DNA from: Acidobacteriota bacterium
GTDB taxonomy: Bacteria; Acidobacteriota; UBA890; WLXD01
Length of the DNA stretch: 64,000 nt
NCBI GenBank assembly: GCA_965205505.1
Contig: CBDBHB010000009.1
Coordinates: 2,400,001-2,464,000 of the forward strand
Direction of reading: 5' to 3'
Position 1 is the first letter of the stretch; the number at the start of each line of letters is the position of its first letter. The notes beneath the pieces are model-generated. The model was not told the origin of the DNA, did not search any database, and saw only the letters and a program-made list of their open reading frames with translations. Below, piece after piece: positions 42,043-52,334 of the stretch. A program made the position numbers and the translations under genes.

Positions 42043-42545
42043 TTGGCCTCGACAGGGGCGGCGCCAATGGTCTCGCCGATGGCGGCGAACACCTGCTGTT
42101 CGATAAGACCCTTGGAGCGCAGCACCTGATAGCCGAACTCCTCGCCGACGTATCCCTCGACGCGCGTCGTGACCTTCACGCGCGTGCCGCTGTTGCGCAC
42201 GTCCCGCGTCGTGACCGTGAGCGTGTAGCGGCCGCCGATGAACGGGCCAACGCCGACGAAAGCCACCTTATCGAGATATTCGGTGGGGTCGTCCCCGAAG
42301 TCAGACAGTACTTTGAAATCGGTCTCGAGCAGGCATGCACGCTCTTCCTCTTGCGACTCCTTTACGCTCAAGCCTAAGCGGGTCACGACTTGCAGCGCCG
42401 CCGCGCAGGTCGTCTCCAGACCGGAGTCGTAGTAACGGTTGCTGTTGAGCGGCTGCAGGACAGGCTCGCGCCAGGTGATCTGGCAGGCGGGCAGAGCGAG
42501 CAAAACGAGCAAGGCACCAGCCCGCACGAGTGGCCACTTAGGCAT
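42039..42545 (-). CDS. Lipoprotein of unknown function, paralog 1
   Basis: LPAC lipobox; tandem paralog immediately downstream. Confidence 0.8.
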   Translation of the reverse strand: MPKWPLVRAGALLVLLALPACQITWREPVLQPLNSNRYYDSGLETTCAAALQVVTRLGLSVKESQEEERACLLETDFKVLSDFGDDPTEYLDKVAFVGVGPFIGGRYTLTVTTRDVRNSGTRVKVTTRVEGYVGEEFGYQVLRSKGLIEQQVFAAIGETIGAAPVEAN

Positions 42546-42592
42546 AGAAGCCCTCGCTGGTCAGGGGCGGTGATTACTTTTGGAATTAGAGC

Positions 42593-42754
42593 TCAGCTGG
42601 CGTCGTCGTCGCTAATGCCGCGCATGGCGGCCTTGAAGTTCTGGATGCCGTTCCCCAGACCCTTACCGATCTCGGGCAGCTTCCTGGCGCCGAAAATTAG
42701 CATCACGATCAAGAAGATCAGCAGCAGTTCCGTAGGTCCAAGCGATCCAAACAT
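42593..42754 (-). CDS. tatA: Twin-arginine translocase TatA
   Basis: Manual translation [34 protein letters not shown]...; GGAGG RBS; below the ORF-track size cutoff. Confidence 0.96.
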   Translation of the reverse strand: MFGSLGPTELLLIFLIVMLIFGARKLPEIGKGLGNGIQNFKAAMRGISDDDAS

Positions 42755-42880
42755 CGTACGTTTCCTCCATGAGATTCCGTGTATCCATGATAGGCGCGTC
42801 GCCGAGCGTCGGTCAATGACGCGAAGCGCAGTCTTTATGGTACGCGAAACGCGCCGCGGAGCAGATTGCCGATGCTGCGG

Positions 42881-44788
42881 TCAGATGCGCTCACGCTCGT
42901 CGCCGACACGGCGCGTGACGCGAGCGCTGTCGAGGTACTCCAGCAGCGGGATCGAGTGCTTGCGCGTCAGCCCGGTCCACGCCTTGAAGTCGCCTACCGA
43001 GAAACGCTCGCCGGCCTGTAGCCGTGCCTGTATGTTGGCTATGAGTTCTTGCAACGCGGCAGCGTCGACTACCAGCCCCTCCCGAATGCGCACCAGGTGT
43101 CCGTTGCGCACCAGGTGATGAAATAGCTCGCGCACTACTTCGGTATCCCCGGAAACGGTCGCTAGAATCTCAGATGGCGACGCAGCGGCGACACCCTGCG
43201 CGGCGAAACGCCTGAGCAGATCGTCGCGCAGCGCTCGGTCCGTGTCGTCTACCGATACCTCGTGGGTGTGAATCGCGAAGCCGTCACCCGCGACGCGAAT
43301 GGCACCCTGCTCCAGTAGATACGCGAGCCCCGCATCGAACACCGGCTCCGGTAGGCCCGCCGCCACGGCGCTCCGCAGATCCTGCTTGGGTAGGCCCGGG
43401 CGTAGCGGGTAGCGCTCGTGGTAGCGCCGCAGGTTCTCGAGGGTCCGCGTACACAGGCGCTCGATCGCCGTGCGGGGGACCAGCCGTGGCTCGTGGCCGG
43501 CGATCTCCGTGATGCGATCGCCGGCGACAGCCGCGGCAATCACGCTGCTGAGGGCGTCGTCCGTACACCCCAGCCGCCGCCGAAGCGCGCCGCGTTCCAA
43601 GCCCGACTCACCGGCTTGGTCGACCCAGACCGTCAGCCTGGTCTCGTGGTCCGCGCCGTCGAGTTGACGCATGGCCTCGACGGCGGTCCGGCCACGCCGT
43701 CGCTTCGGCGCCATCGTATCGAGCACAACGCCCCCACCAATTGTCACCACCGGCGAGTAGCGCCGAACGATGAACCGGTCGCCCGGGGCAGCCGGATACG
43801 GAGATTCAAGGCGCAACTGCACATAGCCCTCGGTACCCCTGATGCGATCGGTCTCGAGCACGGCGGCTCGGCAGAGGACTTCGGCAGCGCCGTGGTGGAA
43901 ACGCAGGCGTTGCAGGTGCTTGATCTCGAAACCGTCAAGAACTTGCAACCGTGCATCGATCATGTGGGAAGGCTGCAGCGTGCCCGGCTTGGCAAGCACC
44001 ATTCCTCGAGCCAGCTCCTCGACTTGGACGCCCTGAAGGTTCAGCGCCGTTCGCTGTCCGGCGACTGCACGGTTTTGGTCGACACCGTGCACCTGAACGC
44101 CTCGAACTGTGATCGCACGCCCAGACGGCAGTGCTTCGACCTGATCGCCGATTGCCACGCTGCCCGCAATCAGCGTTCCGGTGACGACGGTTCCGAAGCC
44201 CGTCATGGTGAAGATCCGGTCGATCGGCAGGCGCAGAACGCCCTCTGTTGGTCGTGCGGTGGTGGACGACAGCACTCGCTGGAGCTCATCTTGAAGCGCA
44301 TCCATTCCGGCACCGCTGACGGTGCTGGTGCGCACGATCGGCGCGCCTTCCAGGTCAGTGCCCGCGAGTAGGTCCTCCACTTCGAGGCCGACGAGCTCGG
44401 CCATCTCGTCGTCCACCAGATCGCACTTGGTGAGCGCCACCACACCGGCCTTGATACCCAGCAATCGAATGATGGCGAGGTGCTCGCGAGTCTGCGGCAT
44501 GATCGATTCGTCAGCGGCTACCACCATCAGCACCGCGTCGATTCCGCCAACGCCCGCGAGCATGTTCTTCACGAAACGCTCGTGGCCGGGTACATCGATG
44601 AAGCCGACATGGAGTTCGCGGATACGGGCGTCGGCGAAGCCCAGATCAATGGTGATTCCGCGTTCCTTCTCCTCCTGGAGCCGGTCGGGATCGACTCCCG
44701 TCAGAGCGCGTACCAGGGCGCTCTTGCCGTGATCGATGTGGCCGGCGGTACCGACGATTCGGTAGCGGTCGATGGCGTCTGAAGACAC
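42881..44788 (-). CDS. selB: Selenocysteine-specific elongation factor
   Basis: GTAGHIDHGKS, EEKERGITIDLGF, DVPGHERF and C-terminal TRKHSIPLLEYLD motifs. Confidence 0.97.
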   Translation of the reverse strand: MSSDAIDRYRIVGTAGHIDHGKSALVRALTGVDPDRLQEEKERGITIDLGFADARIRELHVGFIDVPGHERFVKNMLAGVGGIDAVLMVVAADESIMPQTREHLAIIRLLGIKAGVVALTKCDLVDDEMAELVGLEVEDLLAGTDLEGAPIVRTSTVSGAGMDALQDELQRVLSSTTARPTEGVLRLPIDRIFTMTGFGTVVTGTLIAGSVAIGDQVEALPSGRAITVRGVQVHGVDQNRAVAGQRTALNLQGVQVEELARGMVLAKPGTLQPSHMIDARLQVLDGFEIKHLQRLRFHHGAAEVLCRAAVLETDRIRGTEGYVQLRLESPYPAAPGDRFIVRRYSPVVTIGGGVVLDTMAPKRRRGRTAVEAMRQLDGADHETRLTVWVDQAGESGLERGALRRRLGCTDDALSSVIAAAVAGDRITEIAGHEPRLVPRTAIERLCTRTLENLRRYHERYPLRPGLPKQDLRSAVAAGLPEPVFDAGLAYLLEQGAIRVAGDGFAIHTHEVSVDDTDRALRDDLLRRFAAQGVAAASPSEILATVSGDTEVVRELFHHLVRNGHLVRIREGLVVDAAALQELIANIQARLQAGERFSVGDFKAWTGLTRKHSIPLLEYLDSARVTRRVGDERERI

Positions 44789-44946
44789 GGCGTCACGCAG
44801 GCCACGGCGCTCGTAGCGGCGGCACGCCGCCACCCGCACCGTGGGTCGGAGTGGAATTGCTGCAGTGTACGGCGCACCTCGGGACCCCACAAACTGGTCT
44901 CTCGGTGTGGCTTGTGGGCGCTTTGGGACGCCGCTAATCTGGTCGG

Positions 44947-46131
44947 ATGCGCGAAGCCGTGATTGTCTCTGCCGTGCGCACCCCGATCGGCCGCTTGATG
45001 GGAGCCGTCAGTAGCTTCAAAGCGACGGAGCTCGGGGCGCAGGTGGTTGGTGCGGCGGTAATACGGGCCGGACTCGACCCCACCGACATCGACGAGGTCA
45101 TCATGGGCCACGTAGTGCAGGCGGGCTGCGGGCAGAATCCAGCCCGCCAGAGCGCGCTGGGAGCGGGGCTGCCGGTTAGCGCAGGCGCCCTGACGATCAA
45201 CAAGGTCTGTGGATCGTCGCTCAAGGCTGTCGTGTTGGCGACGCAGGCGATACGGCTGGGCGATGCGGAGCACATTGTTGCCGGCGGCCAGGAGAGCATG
45301 AGCAACGGTCCATTCTTGCTGGCCCGAGCCCGGGCCGGCTATCGCATGGGGCACGGAAAGCTGCTCGATGCAACGGTTCACGACGGCCTCTGGGACGCAA
45401 CGAACGACTATCACATGGGCCGTACGGGCGAAGTAGTCGCCGAGCGCTGGGGCGTGAGCCGCGAGGACCAAGACATATGGAGCGTGCGGTCGCATCAGCG
45501 CGCGGCGGCGGCGGCGACGGCCGGCATGTTCGACGCCGAGCTGCTGCCGTTGGAGGTGCCGCAGCGCAAGGGCGACTCCATTCTCATAGATCGCGATGAG
45601 ACCATCCGTCCGGATGCCTCCATCGACGCGCTCGGCCGCCTCGAGCCGGCGTTCCAATCGGACGGCACGGTCACCGCCGGCAACGCTCCGGGGGTGAACG
45701 ACGGGGCGGCGGCGGTTTGTGTGACGTCGCAGGCTCAGGCAGAAGAGCGAGGGCTCGACGTGCTGGCCCGCGTAGCCGCCTATGCGACCAGCGGTACCGA
45801 GCCCGAGCTGGTGATGATGGCTCCGGTGCAGGCCATCGAGAAGGTCCTCGACGCGACCGGATGGGATCGCACCGATGTGGACCTGTATGAGCTCAACGAG
45901 GCGTTCGCGGTGCAATCTGTTGCGCTCGTCCGCGAGCTCGGGCTGGATGCGGAGCGTGTCAACGTTCGCGGCGGTGCGATCGCGCTCGGCCACCCGATCG
46001 GTGCGTCGGGGGCGCGGATCTTGACGACGCTGCTATACGCTCTTCGCGACCGCGGCGGAAAGCGCGGCATCGCGGCCATGTGCCTGGGTGGGGGCAACGC
46101 GGTGGCGCTAGCAATCGAACGCGACGAGTAG
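44947..46131 (+). CDS. Acetyl-CoA acetyltransferase (thiolase)
   Basis: NKVCGS, NEAFA, GHPIGASG and MCLGGG motifs. Confidence 0.97.
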   Translation: MREAVIVSAVRTPIGRLMGAVSSFKATELGAQVVGAAVIRAGLDPTDIDEVIMGHVVQAGCGQNPARQSALGAGLPVSAGALTINKVCGSSLKAVVLATQAIRLGDAEHIVAGGQESMSNGPFLLARARAGYRMGHGKLLDATVHDGLWDATNDYHMGRTGEVVAERWGVSREDQDIWSVRSHQRAAAAATAGMFDAELLPLEVPQRKGDSILIDRDETIRPDASIDALGRLEPAFQSDGTVTAGNAPGVNDGAAAVCVTSQAQAEERGLDVLARVAAYATSGTEPELVMMAPVQAIEKVLDATGWDRTDVDLYELNEAFAVQSVALVRELGLDAERVNVRGGAIALGHPIGASGARILTTLLYALRDRGGKRGIAAMCLGGGNAVALAIERDE

Positions 46132-46152
46132 CGCTACCGAGGGCGATTGAAC

Positions 46153-47400
46153 ATGGGCATCGAACGCATCGGTGTGCCGGGCGAAGCGACCATGGGTGCC
46201 GGTATTGCCCGGGTTTGCGCACCTGAGCCGCTGGGTCGGCGGCGCCATAGCCGCGGACCGCGTTGCCTGATCTTGTTGTTGACGTTGCTGGTAGCGGGGC
46301 CGCTGCCGGGATCGGCGCAGGATGCGCCCGAAGGGGCCGTTCAGGAGGAGCTCGTTTCCCTGCGCGCCCGCATGGCGACTCTGGAGGGGGAGCTCGCGCG
46401 CCTTGCGTCCGAACGCGAATCCGTCGTCAACGGCTTCGAGACTGCCGACGTAGAGCTAGCACTTCGCCGTCAACAGCTATCAGTCTTGGAACAGCGGGAT
46501 GGCGTGCTGGCAAGAGAGCGGGCCGAGCGCGAGACCGAACTGGAGCGTCTCGAGGCGGACTTCGTGGAGCTTCGCGCAGCCCTGCGAGCACGAGTGGGAT
46601 CTCTCTATCGGGCCGGGCCCCTGTCTTACAATCGTCTGCTGCTGGCGGCTGACTCAGCGTCCGACGCCCTGATTGCCTACCAGATCATGACGTACTTGGC
46701 GGCACGCGATCGCGACCTGCTCCAATCGGTGCGCATCACGGTGGCTGAGGTTGACCAGACCCGAGCCGCATTGGCCGAGACCGAGCGGCAGCTCGCAACG
46801 GTTGCCGCCGATACCGAGGCCACAGCGATCGCCCTGGCGCAGCAGCAGGAGGAGCGGCGTCGGCTGCTTACGGCTATCGATCGCGAGGCAGAGACCCAGC
46901 GCGTTGCGCTGACTGCGGCGCAGCGCTCCGAAAACCGGCTAGGGTCCACCATGCTGGCTCTTTCGCGGGCCGCCGCCGCCAGCGCTCCCGTGGCGTTCGC
47001 CAACGCTCGCGGCCAGCTCGAGTGGCCAGTCAACGGCGCCGTCGTCGGTGAGTTCGGCCGGCGTCGACATCCGATCTACGACACCTATACCGTGTCGCGC
47101 GGAATCGAGATCGAGGGGGACCGGGGCGACCCTGTCGTCGCCGTGTTCGACGGCAGGGTCGTTTTCGCCGACTGGTATGGCGGCTATGGCTTGATGGTCA
47201 TCGTCGATCACGGGGACGGTTACTTCAGCCTCTACGGGCATCTCAACGCCATCGACATGCGAGTCAACGAGAGCGTGAGCGCAGGCGACATCGTCGGCGA
47301 GGTAGGCGACACCGCTTCGTTGATCGGGCCGAACCTGTACTTCGAGGTGCGTGAGCAGACCGACGCCCTGAACCCGCTCAGCTGGTTGCGAAGGCGGTAA
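46153..47400 (+). CDS. envC: EnvC-like coiled-coil/M23 murein hydrolase activator
   Basis: TM/signal segment, long coiled coil, degenerate M23 (GIEI, SLYGHL, NLYFEVR); start uncertain. Confidence 0.85.
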   Translation: MGIERIGVPGEATMGAGIARVCAPEPLGRRRHSRGPRCLILLLTLLVAGPLPGSAQDAPEGAVQEELVSLRARMATLEGELARLASERESVVNGFETADVELALRRQQLSVLEQRDGVLARERAERETELERLEADFVELRAALRARVGSLYRAGPLSYNRLLLAADSASDALIAYQIMTYLAARDRDLLQSVRITVAEVDQTRAALAETERQLATVAADTEATAIALAQQQEERRRLLTAIDREAETQRVALTAAQRSENRLGSTMLALSRAAAASAPVAFANARGQLEWPVNGAVVGEFGRRRHPIYDTYTVSRGIEIEGDRGDPVVAVFDGRVVFADWYGGYGLMVIVDHGDGYFSLYGHLNAIDMRVNESVSAGDIVGEVGDTASLIGPNLYFEVREQTDALNPLSWLRRR

Positions 47401-47436
47401 GTTCGAGGCTGCAGAGATCTCAGACTCAGGCTCCCC

Positions 47437-47464
47437 GTATCGGATTCCTGACTCAGGACACTAG
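47437..47464. repeat. Solo family-1 terminal repeat at the rpoD stop
   Basis: Minus strand reads CTAGTGTCCTGAGTCAGGAATCCGATAC, resembling the 8404 end. Confidence 0.55.
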
Positions 47465-49035
47465 CTGGCCTCGTCGAGCAACTCTTTCAGGTTCTTCGAG
47501 CGCAACGGGTGGCGCAGCTTGCGGAGCGCTTTGCCCTCGATCTGGCGGATACGCTCGCGCGTGACGCTGAAGTACTCGCCGACCTCTTCTAGGGTGTACT
47601 CGCGCTCCTCGCCGATGCCAAAGCGCATGCGCAACACCTTCTCCTCGCGCGGCGTCAGCGTCGCTAGCACCTTGCGCGTTTGGTCGGAGAGGTTCTTGGA
47701 CAGGACGATGTCCAGCGGTGAGACGACTTGCTCGTTTTCGATGAAATCAGAAAGCGAGGAATCCTCGCCGTCGCCTATCGGCGTCTCCAGCGACAGGGTC
47801 TTCTTGGCGGCGCGCAGAACCTCCTTGACCTTGTCGACCGACATGTCCATCTCGCCGCCGATCTCTTTCGGGGTCGGTTTACGACCGAGCTTCTTGAACA
47901 GCCGACGTGAGGTTTGCGAGACCTTGCGGATGGTCTCGATCATGTGCACCGGCACGCGGATCGTCTTGCCCTTGTCGGCTATGGCGCGGGTAATCGCCTG
48001 CCGGATCCACCAGGTGGCATAGGTCGAGAACTTGTAGCCCTTCTTGTAGTCGAACTTTTCGACCGCTTTCATGAGGCCGATGTTGCCTTCCTGGATCAGG
48101 TCCGAGAACGGCAGCCCATAGTTGACGTATTTCTTGGCGATCGAGACCACCAGGCGTAGGTTCGCCTGGGTGAGCTCGCTCTTCGCCCACTCGACCTGTT
48201 GCTCGGCCTCTTCGATGGCGCGAAGGTAGCGGCGCAGCTCGTCACGAGTCAGGGCGTGCCCAGCTTCGAGTTCGCGGGTGCGTTCTTCGTCCTTGGCGCG
48301 CATCGCGATCGCGTAGTGAGCTGCCAACCGCCGCATGCGAACGATGCTCTCGTCGATGAAACGCTCGCTCGGAGCCAACTCAGCCATTTTCGCAGCAATC
48401 TTCGACTGAAGCTGAATGATATCGAGTCGCACGCGCAGCGCCGTTTCCTCGCGTAGCTTGCGCTTCAGCTTCGAGCGCACCTTGCGGAGTGCCTTGCGGT
48501 GCTTCTCGACTGCGTTGACGATCTTGCGGACTTCCCTGATCGCGCGCGGAGAATCGACCTCGTCGTACTTGTCCGACAAGCGATCCATGTCGGCCGGCTC
48601 GACGTAGACGTGTGGTGCGAGCTCCGCCAGGTATTGGCTGGCCGTGGGGCAGTTGAGAACCGCTGTTACTCTGCCCTCCAGCCCTTCTTCAATTGCCCGA
48701 GCGAGCCGAATCTCGCCCTCTCGGTCGAGTAGGGCTTTCTCTCCCATCTCCCGGAAGTAGATCTTGATCGGATCGTCGAGGTCACCGGCGCCGGGTTCGT
48801 AACCTTCCTTCTCGTCTCCTTCGTCGTCTTCCTCGAAGTCCGCGTCGGCGTCTTCAGGGCTCTCCTCGACGACGTCGATCTCCATACTCTCGAACATCGA
48901 CGTGAGATGACGGCGGTTGAGCTCGGGGTCCGCGCCCTCAGGCAGGATCTCATCGACCTCGGCGAACGTCAGGTAGCCTCGCTTCTTGCCCTTCTCGATT
49001 AGGGCCTGGATCTCCTCGACCTTTTCGTTTGCCAT
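47461..49035 (-). CDS. rpoD: RNA polymerase primary sigma factor
   Basis: Region 1.1, [44 protein letters not shown] and [10 protein letters not shown] motifs. Confidence 0.97.
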   Translation of the reverse strand: MANEKVEEIQALIEKGKKRGYLTFAEVDEILPEGADPELNRRHLTSMFESMEIDVVEESPEDADADFEEDDEGDEKEGYEPGAGDLDDPIKIYFREMGEKALLDREGEIRLARAIEEGLEGRVTAVLNCPTASQYLAELAPHVYVEPADMDRLSDKYDEVDSPRAIREVRKIVNAVEKHRKALRKVRSKLKRKLREETALRVRLDIIQLQSKIAAKMAELAPSERFIDESIVRMRRLAAHYAIAMRAKDEERTRELEAGHALTRDELRRYLRAIEEAEQQVEWAKSELTQANLRLVVSIAKKYVNYGLPFSDLIQEGNIGLMKAVEKFDYKKGYKFSTYATWWIRQAITRAIADKGKTIRVPVHMIETIRKVSQTSRRLFKKLGRKPTPKEIGGEMDMSVDKVKEVLRAAKKTLSLETPIGDGEDSSLSDFIENEQVVSPLDIVLSKNLSDQTRKVLATLTPREEKVLRMRFGIGEEREYTLEEVGEYFSVTRERIRQIEGKALRKLRHPLRSKNLKELLDEAS

Positions 49036-49151
49036 ACCGTTGTGTCTTACCTAGAATTCGAGGGGCCGCGGTAGCGGAAATGGAGAGTACCTGGTCGGAA
49101 GACAGACGTCGCCCACCGTACAGCTGTCAAGTTAGCCGATTGGTTGAAGGC

Positions 49152-50309
49152 GTGCAACTCGAAGTTGACGATCCTGGACGCCGTTCCCGAGCTCTGATCC
49201 ACTACCTTTCCGAGCGTATCGCCACGTCGGGACCCATGCCGTTCGCGTCGTTCATGGCGGATGCGCTCTACCACCCAGAGCACGGCTACTACACTTCTTT
49301 ACCGGGTCCCTGGACGGTGACGCCGGACTTCCTCACCGCACCACAGATGGGCCCGGCGCTGGGCGACGCCGTGGCCGAGCTCGCCGTCGCCGTAGACGGG
49401 GCGCTCGGTCGACCGGTCTGCCTCGACCTTGTCGAGCTTGGCAGCGGCGACGGTAGCCTGCTCATGTCGACGCTGACGGCGCTACAGCGTCGTTATCCGA
49501 CTGTGTGGCCGCGCCTGCGCGCTTGGAGCGTCGAGCGCGGCGCATCAGGCCGCCGCCGCCAGCAAGAAGAACAGCGAAGCGTCCCCGGCGGTCTGCGCGT
49601 CGTCGCAAGCCTCGAGGACGTCTCCGACGAGCTCAGCGGCCTCGTGTACTCGAACGAGCTCCTCGATGCTTTTCCGGTACACCGGGTGATGCTTCACGAT
49701 GGAGTCCTGTTGGAGGGTCACGTCGATGTTGTGGAGGGGCGCCTCAACGAGTGCTTTCTAACGCCGAGCACCGCGCGCCTCCTAGAGCATCTGGAACACA
49801 ATGGGGTGCGCCTGCGCGAGGGACAGATCGCCGAGCTCTGTCTCGAGGTCGCGCCGTGGGGAGCACAGGTGAGCTCCCGGCTGGCGAAGGGCGGATGGCT
49901 GACGATCGACTACGGGCATGAGACCGCCACGTTGTACAACGAGTCCCGCCCCGCCGGCACGCTCGTCTGCCACCGCCGTTTTACGCTGCACGACGATCCG
50001 TTGCTGCGCCCGGGGGCAGATGACATCAGCGCCCAGGTCGATTTCGGAAACCTCCGGCGAGTGGCGCACGCGCACGGATTCGACGGCGGCGAAATGTGCA
50101 GCCTGCGCGTGTTCTTGATCGGTCTGTGCGCCACGGCGCCAAGTTCAGCTGGCGACCCTACCTGGTTGGCACTGCGCCATCTGGTGGTATCCGAGATTGG
50201 CGAAGCGCACCGCGCGATGTGGCTCACGCGCGGCATTCCGGTCACCGCCGTGCCCTTTGGCCGCACGCGGTTGACGCCGCGCGACGACGCCTCGACGAGC
50301 AGTCTGTAG
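49152..50309 (+). CDS. MidA/NDUFAF7-family SAM-dependent methyltransferase (start uncertain)
   Basis: FM..ALYHP..GYY, DFLTAP, ELGSGDG, SNELLDAFP and IDYG motifs. Confidence 0.9.
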   Translation: MQLEVDDPGRRSRALIHYLSERIATSGPMPFASFMADALYHPEHGYYTSLPGPWTVTPDFLTAPQMGPALGDAVAELAVAVDGALGRPVCLDLVELGSGDGSLLMSTLTALQRRYPTVWPRLRAWSVERGASGRRRQQEEQRSVPGGLRVVASLEDVSDELSGLVYSNELLDAFPVHRVMLHDGVLLEGHVDVVEGRLNECFLTPSTARLLEHLEHNGVRLREGQIAELCLEVAPWGAQVSSRLAKGGWLTIDYGHETATLYNESRPAGTLVCHRRFTLHDDPLLRPGADDISAQVDFGNLRRVAHAHGFDGGEMCSLRVFLIGLCATAPSSAGDPTWLALRHLVVSEIGEAHRAMWLTRGIPVTAVPFGRTRLTPRDDASTSSL

Positions 50310-50421
50310 CCGGCGCCTGTTTCGGGTAGCGTCACAATCCGTCGAGCCACGTACGGCAGCGGCAACCACGAGGCAGTACGATGGCGTGCAACGATCAACA
50401 CTTCTTGAGGGGGAGAGCAAC

Positions 50422-52158
50422 ATGAGGGTGCTCGGGATGGGGCGAGCATGGCTCAGGGTGGCAGCGGCGGTGAGCGCGGCGGTGGCGCTGATAGCCGTGC
50501 CCACGGTGCTGGCTTCACAGGCGCCGATCGACTTTGGCCGCCTGGCGATGGGAGCACACGGCGCCGTGGTCAGCGTCGACGGCCACGCCACGAACGTCGG
50601 TATCGAGGTGTTGCAGGCCGGCGGCAACGCGATTGATGCCGCCATTGCGGTGGGCATGACGTTGGCGGTGACGCACCCGCAGGCCGGCAATCTGGGTGGT
50701 GGCGGCTTCATGGTGGTCTACCTGGCCGAAGAGGGCCGCTATACGACGCTCGACTTCCGAGAGAAGGCTCCTGCGGCCGCCACCCGCACCATGTACCTGG
50801 ACGAGGACGGGAGGCCAGTACGTGGGCTGAACTACGTCGGCTGGAAGGCCGTGGGTGTGCCGGGAACAGTCGCCGGGTTCGGAGCAGCGCACGCGCGCTG
50901 GGGGCGGCTGCCCTGGTCGCGCCTCGTCGAGCCGGCGGTGCGGCTCGCATCGGATGGGTTCTACGTCAGCCCGTACCTGGCGGGATCATTCGCCCGGGTA
51001 GCGCGGATCTTCCGGCAACATGAGGCGTCCGCAGCGACTTTCCTGCACTCGAATGGCACCCCTTACGCGGCGGGGGAGCGCTTCCGTCAGCCCGACTTGG
51101 CATGGACGCTCCGGCAAATCGCCAGCGGTGGCGCCGATGCGTTCTATCGCGGACCCATCGCGGAGCGCGTTGCCGCGGCCATGACCGCGAACGGCGGCCT
51201 CATCACAGCGGCGGACCTGGCCGCGTACGAAGCCATCGAGCGTGAGCCCGTTCGCGGTACTTACCGTGGCTACGAGATCGTGTCGATGGGGCCACCGTCG
51301 TCCGGCGGCACGATCCTTGTGCAGATGCTCAATATTCTCGAGCAGTTCGATCTCAGTGAGATGGAGCCTACTTCGCCGGAGCTCGTGCACTTGATGGCCG
51401 AGTCGATGCGCCAGGCGTATCTCGATCGCGCCTTGTACCTCGGCGACGCCGACCATTCTCCGGTTCCTGTCGAGAGGCTCACATCGAAGGAGTACGCGCG
51501 CCAGTTGGCAGCCGAGATTCCGCGCGAGCGCGCACGCGCAAGCTCCGAGGTCGGGGTCAGCGTGCTGACGACTGCCGAGTCCCCAGAGACCACCCACTAT
51601 TCCGTTGTGGACGCTACCGGGAACGCTGTATCGACGACCTACACCATCGAGGCAGGGTTCGGTGCCAAGGTCGTAGCAGCGGGCACCGGTTTCCTGCTCA
51701 ACAACGAGATGGGTGATTTCAATGAGTGGCCTGGCGTCACCAACTCTCGTGGGTATGTCGGTACCGAGCCGAACCTCATCGCTCCCGGGAAACGGCCGCT
51801 GTCGTCGATGACGCCGACGATCGTCGCTAGGGACGGAGTACCGCTGGCGCTGATCGGATCACCTGGCGGCAAGACGATTATCAACACCGTTCTGAGGGTG
51901 GTCACGAACTTGATCGATTTCGACCTTGCTCTGCCGGACGCTGTCGATAGTCCTCGAGTCCACCACCAGTGGATGCCGGACTCCCTTCGACTCGAGAGCA
52001 GCTTTCCGGCCGCGACGATCGCCACGCTCGAAGAGATGGGTCATTCGCTCGGGCCGGCGCGGCTGCAAGGCGACGCGCACTGCATCTACATCTACCCAGA
52101 CGGTGCACGCATGGCGGTCGCCGACGGCCGTCGGTCCGGAGCCGCCGCGGCCTACTAG
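50422..52158 (+). CDS. ggt: Gamma-glutamyltransferase
   Basis: GGNAIDAA, DFREKAP, ETTHYSVVD, LNNEMGDF and SSMTP motifs. Confidence 0.97.
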   Translation: MRVLGMGRAWLRVAAAVSAAVALIAVPTVLASQAPIDFGRLAMGAHGAVVSVDGHATNVGIEVLQAGGNAIDAAIAVGMTLAVTHPQAGNLGGGGFMVVYLAEEGRYTTLDFREKAPAAATRTMYLDEDGRPVRGLNYVGWKAVGVPGTVAGFGAAHARWGRLPWSRLVEPAVRLASDGFYVSPYLAGSFARVARIFRQHEASAATFLHSNGTPYAAGERFRQPDLAWTLRQIASGGADAFYRGPIAERVAAAMTANGGLITAADLAAYEAIEREPVRGTYRGYEIVSMGPPSSGGTILVQMLNILEQFDLSEMEPTSPELVHLMAESMRQAYLDRALYLGDADHSPVPVERLTSKEYARQLAAEIPRERARASSEVGVSVLTTAESPETTHYSVVDATGNAVSTTYTIEAGFGAKVVAAGTGFLLNNEMGDFNEWPGVTNSRGYVGTEPNLIAPGKRPLSSMTPTIVARDGVPLALIGSPGGKTIINTVLRVVTNLIDFDLALPDAVDSPRVHHQWMPDSLRLESSFPAATIATLEEMGHSLGPARLQGDAHCIYIYPDGARMAVADGRRSGAAAAY

Positions 52159-52170
52159 ATCAGCGCGATC

Positions 52171-52238
52171 AGACGGGTCGGCCGGCGCAGCCCTCGACCG
52201 ACGGCGGGAGGCAGCCCCCGGCCCCGGCCGACCCGTCT
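52171..52238. repeat. 15-bp perfect inverted repeat between convergent genes
   Basis: AGACGGGTCGGCCGG / CCGGCCGACCCGTCT with a 38-nt spacer. Confidence 0.7.
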
Positions 52239-52334
52239 AAAGCGAATACTCGGCAACGCGGTGAGCAGGGCCGCCGCCCACCCCGGTGCGGTCCGCCCAC
52301 CGCGCTGCGCGAGAAGATCCGCGAATCGGCTAGC

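Noticed and set aside
42881-44788. Selenoprotein genes near selB
   Set aside because: No UGA at a conserved Cys position with a plausible SECIS was found; the in-frame UGA at 1311 falls at a normal C-terminus
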